Source: Sulfurimonadaceae bacterium
Lineage (GTDB): Bacteria; Campylobacterota; Campylobacteria; Campylobacterales; Sulfurimonadaceae
Direction: 5' to 3'
DNA: 35,760 nucleotides
Assembly (NCBI GenBank): GCA_041571435.1
Contig: JBFFUI010000021.1
Span: forward strand, 1-35,760
The stretch's first letter is position 1; the number at the start of each line of letters is the position of its first letter. A model generated the notes under the pieces. It was not told the origin of the DNA. It saw nothing but the letters and a program-made list of their open reading frames with translations, and did no database searches. Below, piece after piece: positions 1 to 9,400 of this stretch. Position numbers and translations under genes: made by a program.

Positions 1-49
1 CAATAAACATCCTTTCCCCACACCAAACTTTTGAAAAAGCGGCAAGCTG

Positions 50-1066
50 ATGTTGTTGCACGGTCCATCGCCTATGCAGGTCGCTATTGATTCCGCCTGG
101 GAGTTCCAGGGGCTCACTTTTCCCAATCCGGCCGTTGGATGCGCGGTTGTCGATGGTGCCGGTAAAATCGTCTCTGTCGGTGTACACGAAAGAGCCGGCG
201 AACCGCATGCCGAGGTGCATGCGCTGCAGATGGCCTATTCTGTTATAAAAGAAGACAGCGCCATATTGGCCCTTACGGATTCGTCTGAAATCCATGACTT
301 TCTGATCGAAAACCATGATAATATCTTCGCATCCTGTACGCTTTATGTTACCTTGGAACCATGCTCACATCACGGTAAAACGCCTTCATGTGCCCAGCTT
401 GTCAAAGCACTGGGCGTTTCGAAAGTGGTGATCGCGCAAAAGGATCCCAATGCAGAAGCTGCCGGCGGAGAAGATATCCTGCAGCAGAGCGGGTGCGAAG
501 TCGAGATTTCTGAAGCGTGTACACAAAGAGCCGCCGATCTTTTAAAACCGTTTATTATGTGGCAGAAGAAACCCTATGTTACATTCAAATGGGCGCAACG
601 TCTTGATGGAAGCATTGACGGCGGTACGATCTCTTCACACATCTCCAGAGTACATGTACATGCGATGCGTGATGTCAGCGATCTTATCGTTATCGGCGGT
701 GAGACCGTCCGTCAAGACCGCCCGACGCTCGATTCACGTTTGGTGGGTGGAAAAGTGTGCGACGTCCTTATCTACTCTCGACAAAAAGAGTTTGACAAAA
801 CCATTGCACTGTTCAATGTAGAGGGACGCAAAGTCTATATCGAACCTTCGTTGGAGCGGATCAAGGAGTATAGAAATATCTTGATCGAGGGCGGTCCGGC
901 TATGTTCGAAGCAACGAAAAATATTGTGGACAGCTACCTCTGTTTTGTTGCACCAAAAAGCGGTGGTACAATACGTTTCACAAACAGCAAAGATGATTTT
1001 AGGATATTACATTCACAGACAAGCGGCAGTGACTTGATGATGTGGATGGAATTAAATAAACAATAA
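50..1066 (+). CDS. ribD: Riboflavin biosynthesis bifunctional deaminase/reductase RibD
   Basis: PNPAVGC, HAEV and TLEPCSHHGKTPSC zinc-deaminase motifs; C-terminal reductase motifs KWAQRLDG and ILIEGG. Confidence 0.95.
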   Translation: MLLHGPSPMQVAIDSAWEFQGLTFPNPAVGCAVVDGAGKIVSVGVHERAGEPHAEVHALQMAYSVIKEDSAILALTDSSEIHDFLIENHDNIFASCTLYVTLEPCSHHGKTPSCAQLVKALGVSKVVIAQKDPNAEAAGGEDILQQSGCEVEISEACTQRAADLLKPFIMWQKKPYVTFKWAQRLDGSIDGGTISSHISRVHVHAMRDVSDLIVIGGETVRQDRPTLDSRLVGGKVCDVLIYSRQKEFDKTIALFNVEGRKVYIEPSLERIKEYRNILIEGGPAMFEATKNIVDSYLCFVAPKSGGTIRFTNSKDDFRILHSQTSGSDLMMWMELNKQ

Positions 1067-1074
1067 GAGTAGAG

Positions 1075-1785
1075 ATGGAAAAGCAGACGAAAATTGTAGA
1101 GATGTTCAACGACATCGCACCGACATATGACAAAGCCAACCGTGTTATGAGCATGGGTGTCGATCGCAGCTGGCGTAAAAAAGGGTGTGACAAAGCCTTT
1201 GGCTTTTACGGCCAGAAAGAGATCGATCTTGTTGTCGACGTAGCATGCGGTACCGGCGATATGATGGACTACTGGCGTCGTCAGGCAGAGAAAAACAGTA
1301 TCAAGGTACAGAAGCTTCTAGGGGTTGACCCGTCGGAAGGTATGGTGGGTGTCGGCCGTAAGAAGTTCCCCGATTTTGATTTTGTTATCGCGCCTGCGAC
1401 AGCGATCCCTCTGGAAGATGCCAAAGCTGACATGCTCTCCATCTCATACGGAATCCGCAATGTCGTCGAACGTCAAAAAGGGCTCGAAGAGTTTAACCGT
1501 GTGCTTAAACCGGGCGGTATGATCGTTATTCTGGAGTTTATGAAAAACGAGCATCCATCACTGCTAGGCAAGATACGTGATTTTTATATGAACCGCATCC
1601 TGCCGAAGGTGGGCGGTTTTATCTCCAAAAACCTGGAAGCCTACGAGTATCTTCCAAACTCTATCGAGGGCTTTTTGACGGTTGCCAACATGGAGAGCGA
1701 GCTTGAAGAGGCCGGCTTTGAGGTCATGTACACCGAGAGCTTCTCGATGGATATCTCGACACTGATCATCGCACGCAAGAGATAG
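1075..1785 (+). CDS. ubiE: Demethylmenaquinone/ubiquinone methyltransferase UbiE/MenG
   Basis: MFNDIAPTYDKANRVMSMG, SAM-binding DVACGTGD, ISYGIRNV, RVLKPGG, AYEYLPNSI. Confidence 0.95.
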   Translation: MEKQTKIVEMFNDIAPTYDKANRVMSMGVDRSWRKKGCDKAFGFYGQKEIDLVVDVACGTGDMMDYWRRQAEKNSIKVQKLLGVDPSEGMVGVGRKKFPDFDFVIAPATAIPLEDAKADMLSISYGIRNVVERQKGLEEFNRVLKPGGMIVILEFMKNEHPSLLGKIRDFYMNRILPKVGGFISKNLEAYEYLPNSIEGFLTVANMESELEEAGFEVMYTESFSMDISTLIIARKR

Positions 1786-1795
1786 CTACTTAGTT

Positions 1796-3049
1796 ATGCA
1801 GCAGACCATCACCGTTTCGGCACTCAATGAGCAGATAAAAGGTCTTCTTGAGACGACGTTTGTCCGTGTCTTTGTCGAAGGGGAACTCTCCCGCATCACC
1901 CATCACAACAGCGGCCACATCTACTTTACGCTTAAAGATGCCAACTCTGCCATCAGCGGGGTGATGTTCCGCGGTAATGCATCAAAGCTTAAGTTTCGTC
2001 TTGAAGAGGGGCTGAAAGTGGTCGTGGAAGGTGCCATTACGCTCTATGCCCCTCGTGGAAGCTACCAGATCAATGCCTTCAATATTGAGCCGGCAGGCCA
2101 TGGTGCCTTGGCGCTTGCCTTTGAGCAGTTAAAGTCAAAGCTCAGCGAACAGGGCTATTTTGCCCCCGAACGAAAAAAAACGATGCCGAAATTCCCTAAA
2201 CGAGTCGCACTGGTCACATCGGCTACTGGTGCCGCTTTGCAGGATATGCAGCGTGTCGCCGTCCAACGCTATCCTCTTGTGAAACTCTATGTTTATGATA
2301 CGGTTGTTCAGGGCGAGTATGCTGCCCCTTCGATCGTCAATGCCATTACAGCAGCTGATGCACAAGCCTTTGATATCATTGTGGTGGGACGCGGTGGTGG
2401 CAGTATGGAAGACCTTTGGGGCTTTAACGAAGAGATCGTCGCCAATGCCATCTACCAGGCAAAGACACCTGTCGTCTCGGCTGTCGGTCATGAGATCGAC
2501 TGGCTGATCAGTGATTTTGTCGCGGACCTCCGTGCACCGACACCAAGTGCAGCCATGCAGATGATCCTGCCGGATCAAAACGAGCTCCTGCAAACCGTTG
2601 ATATGCTTTCCCAGCAGATGAGTCAGACGATGCAGCAAAAGCTTTACAATGCGAGTGAAAAGTTGGGACATCTGAAAAGTTCGTATGAACGCAACTCCAT
2701 TGAGCAGCGTATCAAGAACCGTCTAGAAGAGATCGCACAGCTCAAAAACCGTTTTGAACAGAGTGTGCGCTACATACTTGAAAATAGAACACGTCAACTG
2801 ACACCTGTCGCAGAAAGCCTGACCCGCCAGACCAACAGCAACCTCATACAGCGGCAGAACAGTGTCACCGCACTGATGCAGGCTCTTCAAGCCCAAGATC
2901 CCAAACTCAAGAGTAAAAAAGGGTTTGCCCAGATCGCAAAAGAGGGCAAGGTGCTTGAGCTTGCGGAGTTGGAAGTAGGCGACAGCTTCGAAGCAATGGA
3001 TGCATCACGAAGCGTTACTGCCGTTGTCAAACAAATAACGGAATATTGA
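1796..3049 (+). CDS. xseA: Exodeoxyribonuclease VII large subunit
   Basis: VEGELS...SGHIYFTLKD OB-fold, RGGGSMEDLWGFN, SAVGHEID, ADLRAPTPSAA. Confidence 0.96.
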   Translation: MQQTITVSALNEQIKGLLETTFVRVFVEGELSRITHHNSGHIYFTLKDANSAISGVMFRGNASKLKFRLEEGLKVVVEGAITLYAPRGSYQINAFNIEPAGHGALALAFEQLKSKLSEQGYFAPERKKTMPKFPKRVALVTSATGAALQDMQRVAVQRYPLVKLYVYDTVVQGEYAAPSIVNAITAADAQAFDIIVVGRGGGSMEDLWGFNEEIVANAIYQAKTPVVSAVGHEIDWLISDFVADLRAPTPSAAMQMILPDQNELLQTVDMLSQQMSQTMQQKLYNASEKLGHLKSSYERNSIEQRIKNRLEEIAQLKNRFEQSVRYILENRTRQLTPVAESLTRQTNSNLIQRQNSVTALMQALQAQDPKLKSKKGFAQIAKEGKVLELAELEVGDSFEAMDASRSVTAVVKQITEY

Positions 3050-3216
3050 CTTCTACTACACAGCACCCCTTCGCATGGGCCGAAAGTGTTGCCATGTACT
3101 TTTGCACTTTTTCTTTCTATTTATAGGCTCTCCTTTTTTAACAATATTAAATATAATGTAATTGTAAGTATTGCAGTGTACTATAGTTTAGTTTCATTTA
3201 GTAAAAAGGAGAACAG

Positions 3217-3717
3217 ATGAAAGAAAGAACACGTTATCTTTTCCTTGCGACATTTTTTCTGAGCCTGACTGTGCAGCCGCTTTCAGCTGCATCGTATGAG
3301 AACATTATCACCGAATCATTTCTTCGAAATACATTTGACTTCAAGTCGGGTGAAGCAATCAAATATGCCGAATGTAAAAAAAAGAGTTACCCGACCTGTA
3401 CCTATGTCTGGGGAAAAGTGTCAAAAAAAGATGCAAAGCGAAAACAATACGGCTTGGCTCCCATGGGGAATAAATTGATGGTGATCTATGCACAGGCCAA
3501 AAAACAAACGGATTTTGAGCGGGTCTTTAAGGTCTATAAAGATGCCGTTGCGCTTGAAGGTTTTGGTGAAAAAGCCGTTTGGTCGAAGCAGCGTGGCCAG
3601 CTTTCACTTATAACCAAAAAGCATTTGATCATTCATGTCAATGTTGAAGGCATAGCTTGCAATGACCCCTTGCTTAAAGCAAAGACTGTTGCCAAGAGTG
3701 TTTTGAACAACCTTTAG
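3217..3717 (+). CDS. Hypothetical exported, Lys-rich protein
   Basis: AAGGAG RBS upstream; Sec-type signal peptide (MKERTRYLFLATFFLSLTVQPLSA); no family recognised. Confidence 0.75.
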   Translation: MKERTRYLFLATFFLSLTVQPLSAASYENIITESFLRNTFDFKSGEAIKYAECKKKSYPTCTYVWGKVSKKDAKRKQYGLAPMGNKLMVIYAQAKKQTDFERVFKVYKDAVALEGFGEKAVWSKQRGQLSLITKKHLIIHVNVEGIACNDPLLKAKTVAKSVLNNL

Positions 3718-3724
3718 GCGGTGT

Positions 3725-3994
3725 TCATACCTTCTTACCGATATCGCTGTCGGCATAGTAACTGTGGTTACCGCTGCAAAAAGGGAGGTTGTCGGAACTT
3801 TTGCAGCGGCAGAGCAGATAGGCCTTGCTTTTCTCCACACTGAAGGTCTTGGGCTCGCAGGAGGTACCTTCATGGCTTCCGTCGCAGAATAGGCCATCTT
3901 TGCTTCGGCCGCACATACAAAAGTCGTAGGTCTCGCCGGCAATGAGCTCGACACCTTCGGGCTTATTGAAAAAGACGATTGCATCTTTACACAT
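3725..3994 (-). CDS. Tandem CDGSH [2Fe-2S] (NEET/MiNT-like) protein
   Basis: CMCGRSKDGLFCDGSH motif and second CRCKSSDNLPFCSGNH motif; AAAGGAG RBS on minus strand. Confidence 0.9.
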   Translation of the reverse strand: MCKDAIVFFNKPEGVELIAGETYDFCMCGRSKDGLFCDGSHEGTSCEPKTFSVEKSKAYLLCRCKSSDNLPFCSGNHSYYADSDIGKKV

Positions 3995-4004
3995 GAGAAC
4001 TCCT

Positions 4005-4032
4005 TTGTTGTAATACGTTTAGTATACAACAA
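4005..4032. promoter_or_regulatory. Inverted repeat in CDGSH/dbpA divergent intergenic region, candidate operator
   Basis: TTGTTGTA(A)TAC-GTTTA-GTA-TACAACAA; overlaps a minus-strand TATACT -10-like hexamer and abuts the CDGSH RBS. Confidence 0.4.
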
Positions 4033-4131
4033 CTTCCTATCCGCTTGGAATTCAAGATAGATAGTATAATGTCATATCTATAACCCAATGTCGATCTCTT
4101 ATCGAAGACCTGGACACACAAAGAAGCAATT

Positions 4132-5508
4132 ATGAGCACTAAACTATTTTCAAATCTCCCTTTAGAACAGGCGATGATCGACAATCTGGACGCACTCGGT
4201 TATGCCGAGATGACAGCTATTCAGGCAGCTAGCCTTCCGCTGACGCTGGTCGGCGCGGATGTTATCGCCAAGGCGAAGACGGGCAGCGGCAAGACGGCGG
4301 CCTTCGGCCTTGGGATGCTGCACAAACTGGATGTCAAGAAGTGGAAGATACAGGGGCTTATCATGTGCCCGACGCGTGAACTTGCGGACCAGGTTGCCAA
4401 TGAGCTTAGAAAACTTGCCCGTTTCAAACACAATATCAAGATTCTGACCCTCTGCGGCGGGATGCCTTTGACGCCGCAGCGCATCTCCCTGGAGCATGGT
4501 GCGCACATCATCGTCGGGACACCGGGCCGGATACAGGACCATATCGGCAAGAACACTCTTGACCTTTCCCATGTCCATACGCTGATCCTCGATGAGGCGG
4601 ACCGCATGCTGGACATGGGTTTTCTCGACGACATCAAACAGATCATCTCACACATGCCAAGTGAACGCCAGACTATGCTCTTTTCTGCGACCTATCCGGA
4701 AGAGATCAACGCGTTGAGCCGCAGTATCATGAAAGATCCCAAAACGGTCAGTGTCGAACACCATGAGGAGAAGCCGGATATCGTACAGACCTTCTACAAA
4801 ACGAGCGAGTCCGAGAAAGATGCGGCACTTCTGAAACTGCTACTGCACCATCAGGCCAATGCAACGATCATCTTCTGCAACATGAAGGTTACCTGTGATG
4901 AAGTCGCGGATTTTCTTTACGATGCCGGACTGCATGCGGTGGCCCTGCACGGTGATCTTGACCAGAAAGAGCGTACCGAGATGCTGACTCTTTTCAGCAA
5001 CGGCAGTGTCTCCATTCTGGTCGCCACCGATGTGGCGGCTCGCGGGCTGGATATCAAAGACCTCGATCTGGTCATTAACTATGAGATACCCAACCAGAGT
5101 GAGGTCTATGTACACCGTGTGGGCCGAACGGGTCGTGCGGGTAAAAGCGGTATCGCCGACACACTTTACACCCCAAGAGAAGCCTCTAAGATAGAGGGTA
5201 TAGAAGAGGAGATGGGTGAAAGCGTCAGTTACGGCAGTATTGAGAACCTGGCGCATAATGATCTCTATACACCTAAATACGTGACGCTTAGGATCGACGG
5301 CGGTAAAAAAGACAAGCTGCGCCCCGGTGACATTGTCGGGGCGATCACCTCCGACAAGAGTATCAAGGGCGATGAGATCGGCAACATCACGGTGACGGCG
5401 ATTCGCTCGTATGTTGCCGTGACGCGTGACAAAGCTAAAAAGGCGTTTCATCTTATCCGTGACGGGAAGATGAAAAACCGTAAGTTCAGGGTCCATCTTT
5501 TAGAGTAG
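4132..5508 (+). CDS. dbpA: ATP-dependent DEAD-box RNA helicase DbpA
   Basis: AKTGSGKTAAF, PTRELADQV, DEADRMLDMGF, FSAT, HRVGRTGRAG; C-terminal GGKKDKLRPGDIVGA RNA-binding domain typical of DbpA. Confidence 0.95.
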   Translation: MSTKLFSNLPLEQAMIDNLDALGYAEMTAIQAASLPLTLVGADVIAKAKTGSGKTAAFGLGMLHKLDVKKWKIQGLIMCPTRELADQVANELRKLARFKHNIKILTLCGGMPLTPQRISLEHGAHIIVGTPGRIQDHIGKNTLDLSHVHTLILDEADRMLDMGFLDDIKQIISHMPSERQTMLFSATYPEEINALSRSIMKDPKTVSVEHHEEKPDIVQTFYKTSESEKDAALLKLLLHHQANATIIFCNMKVTCDEVADFLYDAGLHAVALHGDLDQKERTEMLTLFSNGSVSILVATDVAARGLDIKDLDLVINYEIPNQSEVYVHRVGRTGRAGKSGIADTLYTPREASKIEGIEEEMGESVSYGSIENLAHNDLYTPKYVTLRIDGGKKDKLRPGDIVGAITSDKSIKGDEIGNITVTAIRSYVAVTRDKAKKAFHLIRDGKMKNRKFRVHLLE

Positions 5509-5585
5509 TCTTAAGGGGGATTTTGTCAGGTAAACATTATCATATGCCAATATGGGGCGTTTGTCTGTAAAGAAACGGCAAAAAC

Positions 5586-6629
5586 TTAGAGTGCTTTTTC
5601 CGCAGCAATAAGGGCAACAACACCGTCATACATCTCCTGGACACATTCGACTTCCGTTACCCCAAGTCGGCGGCGGTTCGAGATGTCGTAAACACCCCCT
5701 TCGCTTGCTGAATGTTCACCGTGAATCCCTCTGATCTGCAGATGGTGCTGGTCTGCTATCTTCTCAAAGTCCGTTATCTTTTCTGAGAGTTTCGGCAGCT
5801 TGATGTGGACACTGGCGCGCATGGCCGTTCCGAGGTTTGTCGGACAGCTTGTCAGGTAACCGAGATGATCGGAATAGGCGAAGCTGATCTTTTTGCCGAT
5901 CGTTTCGATCGCCGTTGCGAGACGGGTGAATACGGCTTTGATATCGCCACCCATCTGCATCGAGATGATGCGCAGCTGATCCTCTTCATTGACCCATACC
6001 AGAAAGCTCTTTTCGTCATTATGATAGATGCCTCTGCCTTCCGGCCAGTCACGGTTAAGTCCTGCCGATTCGAGAAAACGGTCACCGGCTTTGAAAAGAA
6101 AGTGGTCCGCTACCAGTTGTGCACGCTGTGCTTCACTCATCCCTTCCAGCGGATAGTAGGTGCCAGAAAGCTTGCCTTTGAGTGCATTGAGTGCAGCAAA
6201 GACCTGACGTTCGACATCATTGCGCTGTTCTCTTGAGATCGCCGGTCCGAGAGGCATGTCGGCAATATTGCGCCCGACACGGATCCGCGTTGAGATGATG
6301 TAATGACTGTCCGGGTCAGGGTTTGAAGCATTCAGATCATCAGGATTGAAGTTACTTTCATGCTGCTGCTCTTTTGAAAAACCGTGATACTCTTGAATAA
6401 TCGGATCAAAGATCGGGGCGAATATAGCATAGGACTCTTCGTCGCCGGCATAGACACCGATGCTGCTGTCGGGGTTCTCTACTCCAGATCGGATCGCCTT
6501 CTGCAGGGTAAAACCGTTACTGGTTACTTTCCCTTTGAGCGCGTTAAAAACGTCCTTGCTCAAATATTTGCACAGTAGTGATCTGCAATCTTCGGGAAAA
6601 GTTGGAAACGGATCGGTGTTCTTCATCAT
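5586..6629 (-). CDS. Arginine kinase (eukaryote-type ATP:guanido phosphotransferase)
   Basis: N-terminal phosphagen-binding domain (SLLCKYL...SGVENPDSSIGVYAGDEESY), STRIRVGRN, WVNEEDQLRIISMQ, CPTNLGT, GEHS...YDISNRRRLG. Confidence 0.93.
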   Translation of the reverse strand: MMKNTDPFPTFPEDCRSLLCKYLSKDVFNALKGKVTSNGFTLQKAIRSGVENPDSSIGVYAGDEESYAIFAPIFDPIIQEYHGFSKEQQHESNFNPDDLNASNPDPDSHYIISTRIRVGRNIADMPLGPAISREQRNDVERQVFAALNALKGKLSGTYYPLEGMSEAQRAQLVADHFLFKAGDRFLESAGLNRDWPEGRGIYHNDEKSFLVWVNEEDQLRIISMQMGGDIKAVFTRLATAIETIGKKISFAYSDHLGYLTSCPTNLGTAMRASVHIKLPKLSEKITDFEKIADQHHLQIRGIHGEHSASEGGVYDISNRRRLGVTEVECVQEMYDGVVALIAAEKAL

Positions 6630-6648
6630 GGGCCTTGAAAAATAGATT

Positions 6649-6674
6649 GGAAAAGAGCACTGCCGGGCAGTGCT
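6649..6674 (-). terminator. Probable intrinsic terminator after sppA
   Basis: Minus strand AGCACTGC-CCG-GCAGTGCT 8-bp stem followed by CTTTTCC. Confidence 0.55.
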
Positions 6675-6682
6675 GACATTGA

Positions 6683-7552
6683 CTAGCGGAGTGAAATCGC
6701 CGGAAAATAGGTGTGGACCATCAAGGCGGTCTGAGCCCCAAGGCGTTTCATCAACTTGTCAAACTTGTCCTCTTTGTTCCAGCGTGCCTCTTTGATATTG
6801 CTCAGCTTCTCTACCCGTTTTTTGGCATCGTAGTTGACACCAAGCGCGTCGATAAGACCGACCTCTTTTGCCTGTTCCGCCGTGAAGATATGGGCATCTG
6901 CATAGATGTGGGACGCCTTCTCATCAAGACCTCGTGCTGTTGCAACATCGTGTACAAACATCTTGTAGGTTCCCTGGATGACCTTGTCGAGTTCCTCTCG
7001 TTCTGCCTTGCTCCACTCTCTGTCCGCTGTGCCGACCTGCTTGTATTTACCGGCTTGGATGACCTGCGATTTTACACCGATCTTTTCCATCAGTCCGCTG
7101 ACGTCGGCGCCGTGTAAGATCACACCGATGGAGCCGACCATTGACCCGGGATTGGCGATGATCTCATCGGCATAGACCGAAGCATAGTAGGAACCGCTGG
7201 CCAGTGTCCCAGCTGCGTAGACAACGACGGGTTTGACCTCTTTAAGTCTTTTGATCGCATACATCACTTCGATAGAGGGCGGTACTGTCCCGCCCGGAGA
7301 GTCGATAGTAAAGAGAACCCCTTTGACCCTACTGTTTGTGCGGGCATTGTCAATCTCTTCGACGACCTCTGTCGTATCAAAGATAGGGCCGATTAGTTTG
7401 ATCTCCTGCAGGTTGTTGGGTACCAGGTTCTGTTCATCTGCCGGTGCAAACAGGATAACAAGCAGCAGTAAAAAGAGCATTGATTTAAAATATTTTTGAA
7501 TGAACCCCAGTGTTGCGGTGATAGGGAGAAAAAGTTTTTTAAGACCTTCCAT
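6683..7552 (-). CDS. sppA: Signal peptide peptidase SppA (protease IV, S49)
   Basis: IDSPGG, ASGSYY, GSIGVI, AGKYKQVG, FTAEQAKEVGLID; N-terminal TM segment. Confidence 0.95.
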   Translation of the reverse strand: MEGLKKLFLPITATLGFIQKYFKSMLFLLLLVILFAPADEQNLVPNNLQEIKLIGPIFDTTEVVEEIDNARTNSRVKGVLFTIDSPGGTVPPSIEVMYAIKRLKEVKPVVVYAAGTLASGSYYASVYADEIIANPGSMVGSIGVILHGADVSGLMEKIGVKSQVIQAGKYKQVGTADREWSKAEREELDKVIQGTYKMFVHDVATARGLDEKASHIYADAHIFTAEQAKEVGLIDALGVNYDAKKRVEKLSNIKEARWNKEDKFDKLMKRLGAQTALMVHTYFPAISLR

Positions 7553-8766
7553 TATGAAACCTCATTTCCGTTGATATAGATGTGTTTCATATTATAGCCA
7601 TGCAGAAGTAAATGCAGCGGCAACTGTTCGTTCGGTGTTGCTTTAAGGTCGATAACAAGCAGGTCGGCCTCTCTGCCGACAGCGATCTCTCCCGTGTTAA
7701 GACCCAGCGCTTTTGCGCTGTTTTGTGTCGCATTGGTCAGCAACTCTTTGGCTAATGGGATGAGGTCGGCATCCGCGTGCATAAAGAGGGCGATTTTCAT
7801 CTCTTCTATCAGATCCAGCGCATAGTTTGAACTGAGCCCGTCTGTTCCCATGATCCAGGGCACACTGTTTTTGTCCAGCTGTTCGAGGTCGATCGCTCCG
7901 TTGCCGAGCAGACGATTGGAGATAGGGCAGTGAATGACGGTATGTCCGTCTTTGGAGAGCTGTTTGAGCTCTTTGTCGTTGGCTTGAACGACATGGGTCA
8001 TCAGTGTCGGTTTTGCTTTGAAAAGATTTAAAAATTCTTCGGAAGTGTTGACCGCGTACTCCTGTTTGAGGAACTCTTTGAAAAAGGGCTGGAAATCTCC
8101 GCTGTTACTCTCCAGCCACTCTCTTTCTGCCGGACTCTCCATGTAGTGGGCAGAAGTGATAAGGTCATGTTGTGAAGCATAGGCCAGGGCACGTTTAATA
8201 AGAGCGGGATGAACAGAGTACGGTGAGTGAATGGCAATAGCTGGATAAAAGCCTTCTCTCTCAACTGTCCGGGATGCTTCTAAACGTGACAAAAAGTCAT
8301 CATAGAGCGTATCGGCCATTATGGCCTGAGAGCCGATCACCTCATTAAAAAAAACCACCTTCTGTTTCGCATTGGCGGCAGCCTCCAGATCCATCGCATA
8401 GGAGCTTACGGCACCGAATGTGGTGATACCGTTTTGAAGCATGTCATTACAGGCTTTGGCCATACACTGCTCGTCACACCCCTGGATCAGGTCTTCACGG
8501 TGTTCAATGACCGAGTAGAGCCACTCCAGAAATGAGCCATACTTCAGGGTGCTTTTGTTGCCTGAAAATTCAAGGTGGACATGGGGATTGATAAGCCCCG
8601 GCATCACCATAGAGTGCAGCGGGGTCTCGATAAACTCAGCGTCAGGGAACTGCTCTAACAGCTCGTGCAGCTGACCGATCGCACGGATGTGTGTATCAAA
8701 AGCGATGCTCATACCACTGAGCTGTTCGGTCGGAGAGAGAATGGTTTCGGGGGATATTATTTTCAT
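7552..8766 (-). CDS. mqnF: Metal-dependent amidohydrolase, probable aminodeoxyfutalosine deaminase (futalosine menaquinone pathway)
   Basis: PGLINPHVHLEFS, HSPYSVHP, HCPISNRLL, GTDGLSSN; same position between aroQ and sppA as in Campylobacter; start moved to ATG 8766 (8769 possible); TAATG coupling to sppA. Confidence 0.8.
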   Translation of the reverse strand: MKIISPETILSPTEQLSGMSIAFDTHIRAIGQLHELLEQFPDAEFIETPLHSMVMPGLINPHVHLEFSGNKSTLKYGSFLEWLYSVIEHREDLIQGCDEQCMAKACNDMLQNGITTFGAVSSYAMDLEAAANAKQKVVFFNEVIGSQAIMADTLYDDFLSRLEASRTVEREGFYPAIAIHSPYSVHPALIKRALAYASQHDLITSAHYMESPAEREWLESNSGDFQPFFKEFLKQEYAVNTSEEFLNLFKAKPTLMTHVVQANDKELKQLSKDGHTVIHCPISNRLLGNGAIDLEQLDKNSVPWIMGTDGLSSNYALDLIEEMKIALFMHADADLIPLAKELLTNATQNSAKALGLNTGEIAVGREADLLVIDLKATPNEQLPLHLLLHGYNMKHIYINGNEVS

Positions 8767-8912
8767 CATTACTCGTTTACAAAATTTAGTAAAACAATTA
8801 TATCGCTTTCGATGTTGCAGGTCATTAAAGAATGTAGAGGATTTCAAGGGATTAAAATAATTCTTTACCTATAATGCACGAAGAAAATTATTATACAAAA
8901 CAAAGGTTATCA

Positions 8913-9395
8913 ATGAAAGTAGTTGTTATACAAGGTCCAAATCTTAATATGTTAGGTGTTCGTGAACAGTCGATCTACGGACCGATGAAGTTAGAGCAGA
9001 TTCATGCCCAGATGAAAGACTTTGCAGACAAAAACAACATGGAAATCGAGTTTTTCCAGTCAAACCTTGAGGGTGAGATCGTTGACAAGATACAGGAGTG
9101 CTACGGAGACGCGCAGGGTATCATCATCAATGCAGCGGCCTATACACATACATCGATCGCGATCCGCGATGCGATCTCTGCTGTTTCTATCCCGACTATC
9201 GAGGTTCACATCTCCAACATTCACCGCCGTGAAGAGTTCAGAAAAGAGAACATGATCGCACCGGTATGTGCTTCATCGATTGTCGGCTTCGGCCCATTCG
9301 GTTATCACCTTGCAATGCTTGGTATGAGCCAGATCATGCAGGAAGTCCAGGCAATGCAGGCACAACAAGCAGCGGCACAACAGCAACAAGCGTAA
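8913..9395 (+). CDS. aroQ: Type II 3-dehydroquinate dehydratase
   Basis: [51 protein letters not shown]; start moved to ATG 8913 after AAAGG. Confidence 0.96.
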   Translation: MKVVVIQGPNLNMLGVREQSIYGPMKLEQIHAQMKDFADKNNMEIEFFQSNLEGEIVDKIQECYGDAQGIIINAAAYTHTSIAIRDAISAVSIPTIEVHISNIHRREEFRKENMIAPVCASSIVGFGPFGYHLAMLGMSQIMQEVQAMQAQQAAAQQQQA

Positions 9396-9400
9396 CCGCC

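Noticed and set aside
1-50. Possible 3' end of an upstream CDS (INILSPHQTFEKAAS*, TGA overlapping the ribD ATG)
   Set aside because: Too short to identify; does not resemble a protein I recognise.
8767-9400. Longer ORF-track starts for mqnF (8847), aroQ (8874) and folK (9266)
   Set aside because: The extensions are non-homologous and overlap the promoter region or the neighbouring gene; downstream starts fit better.
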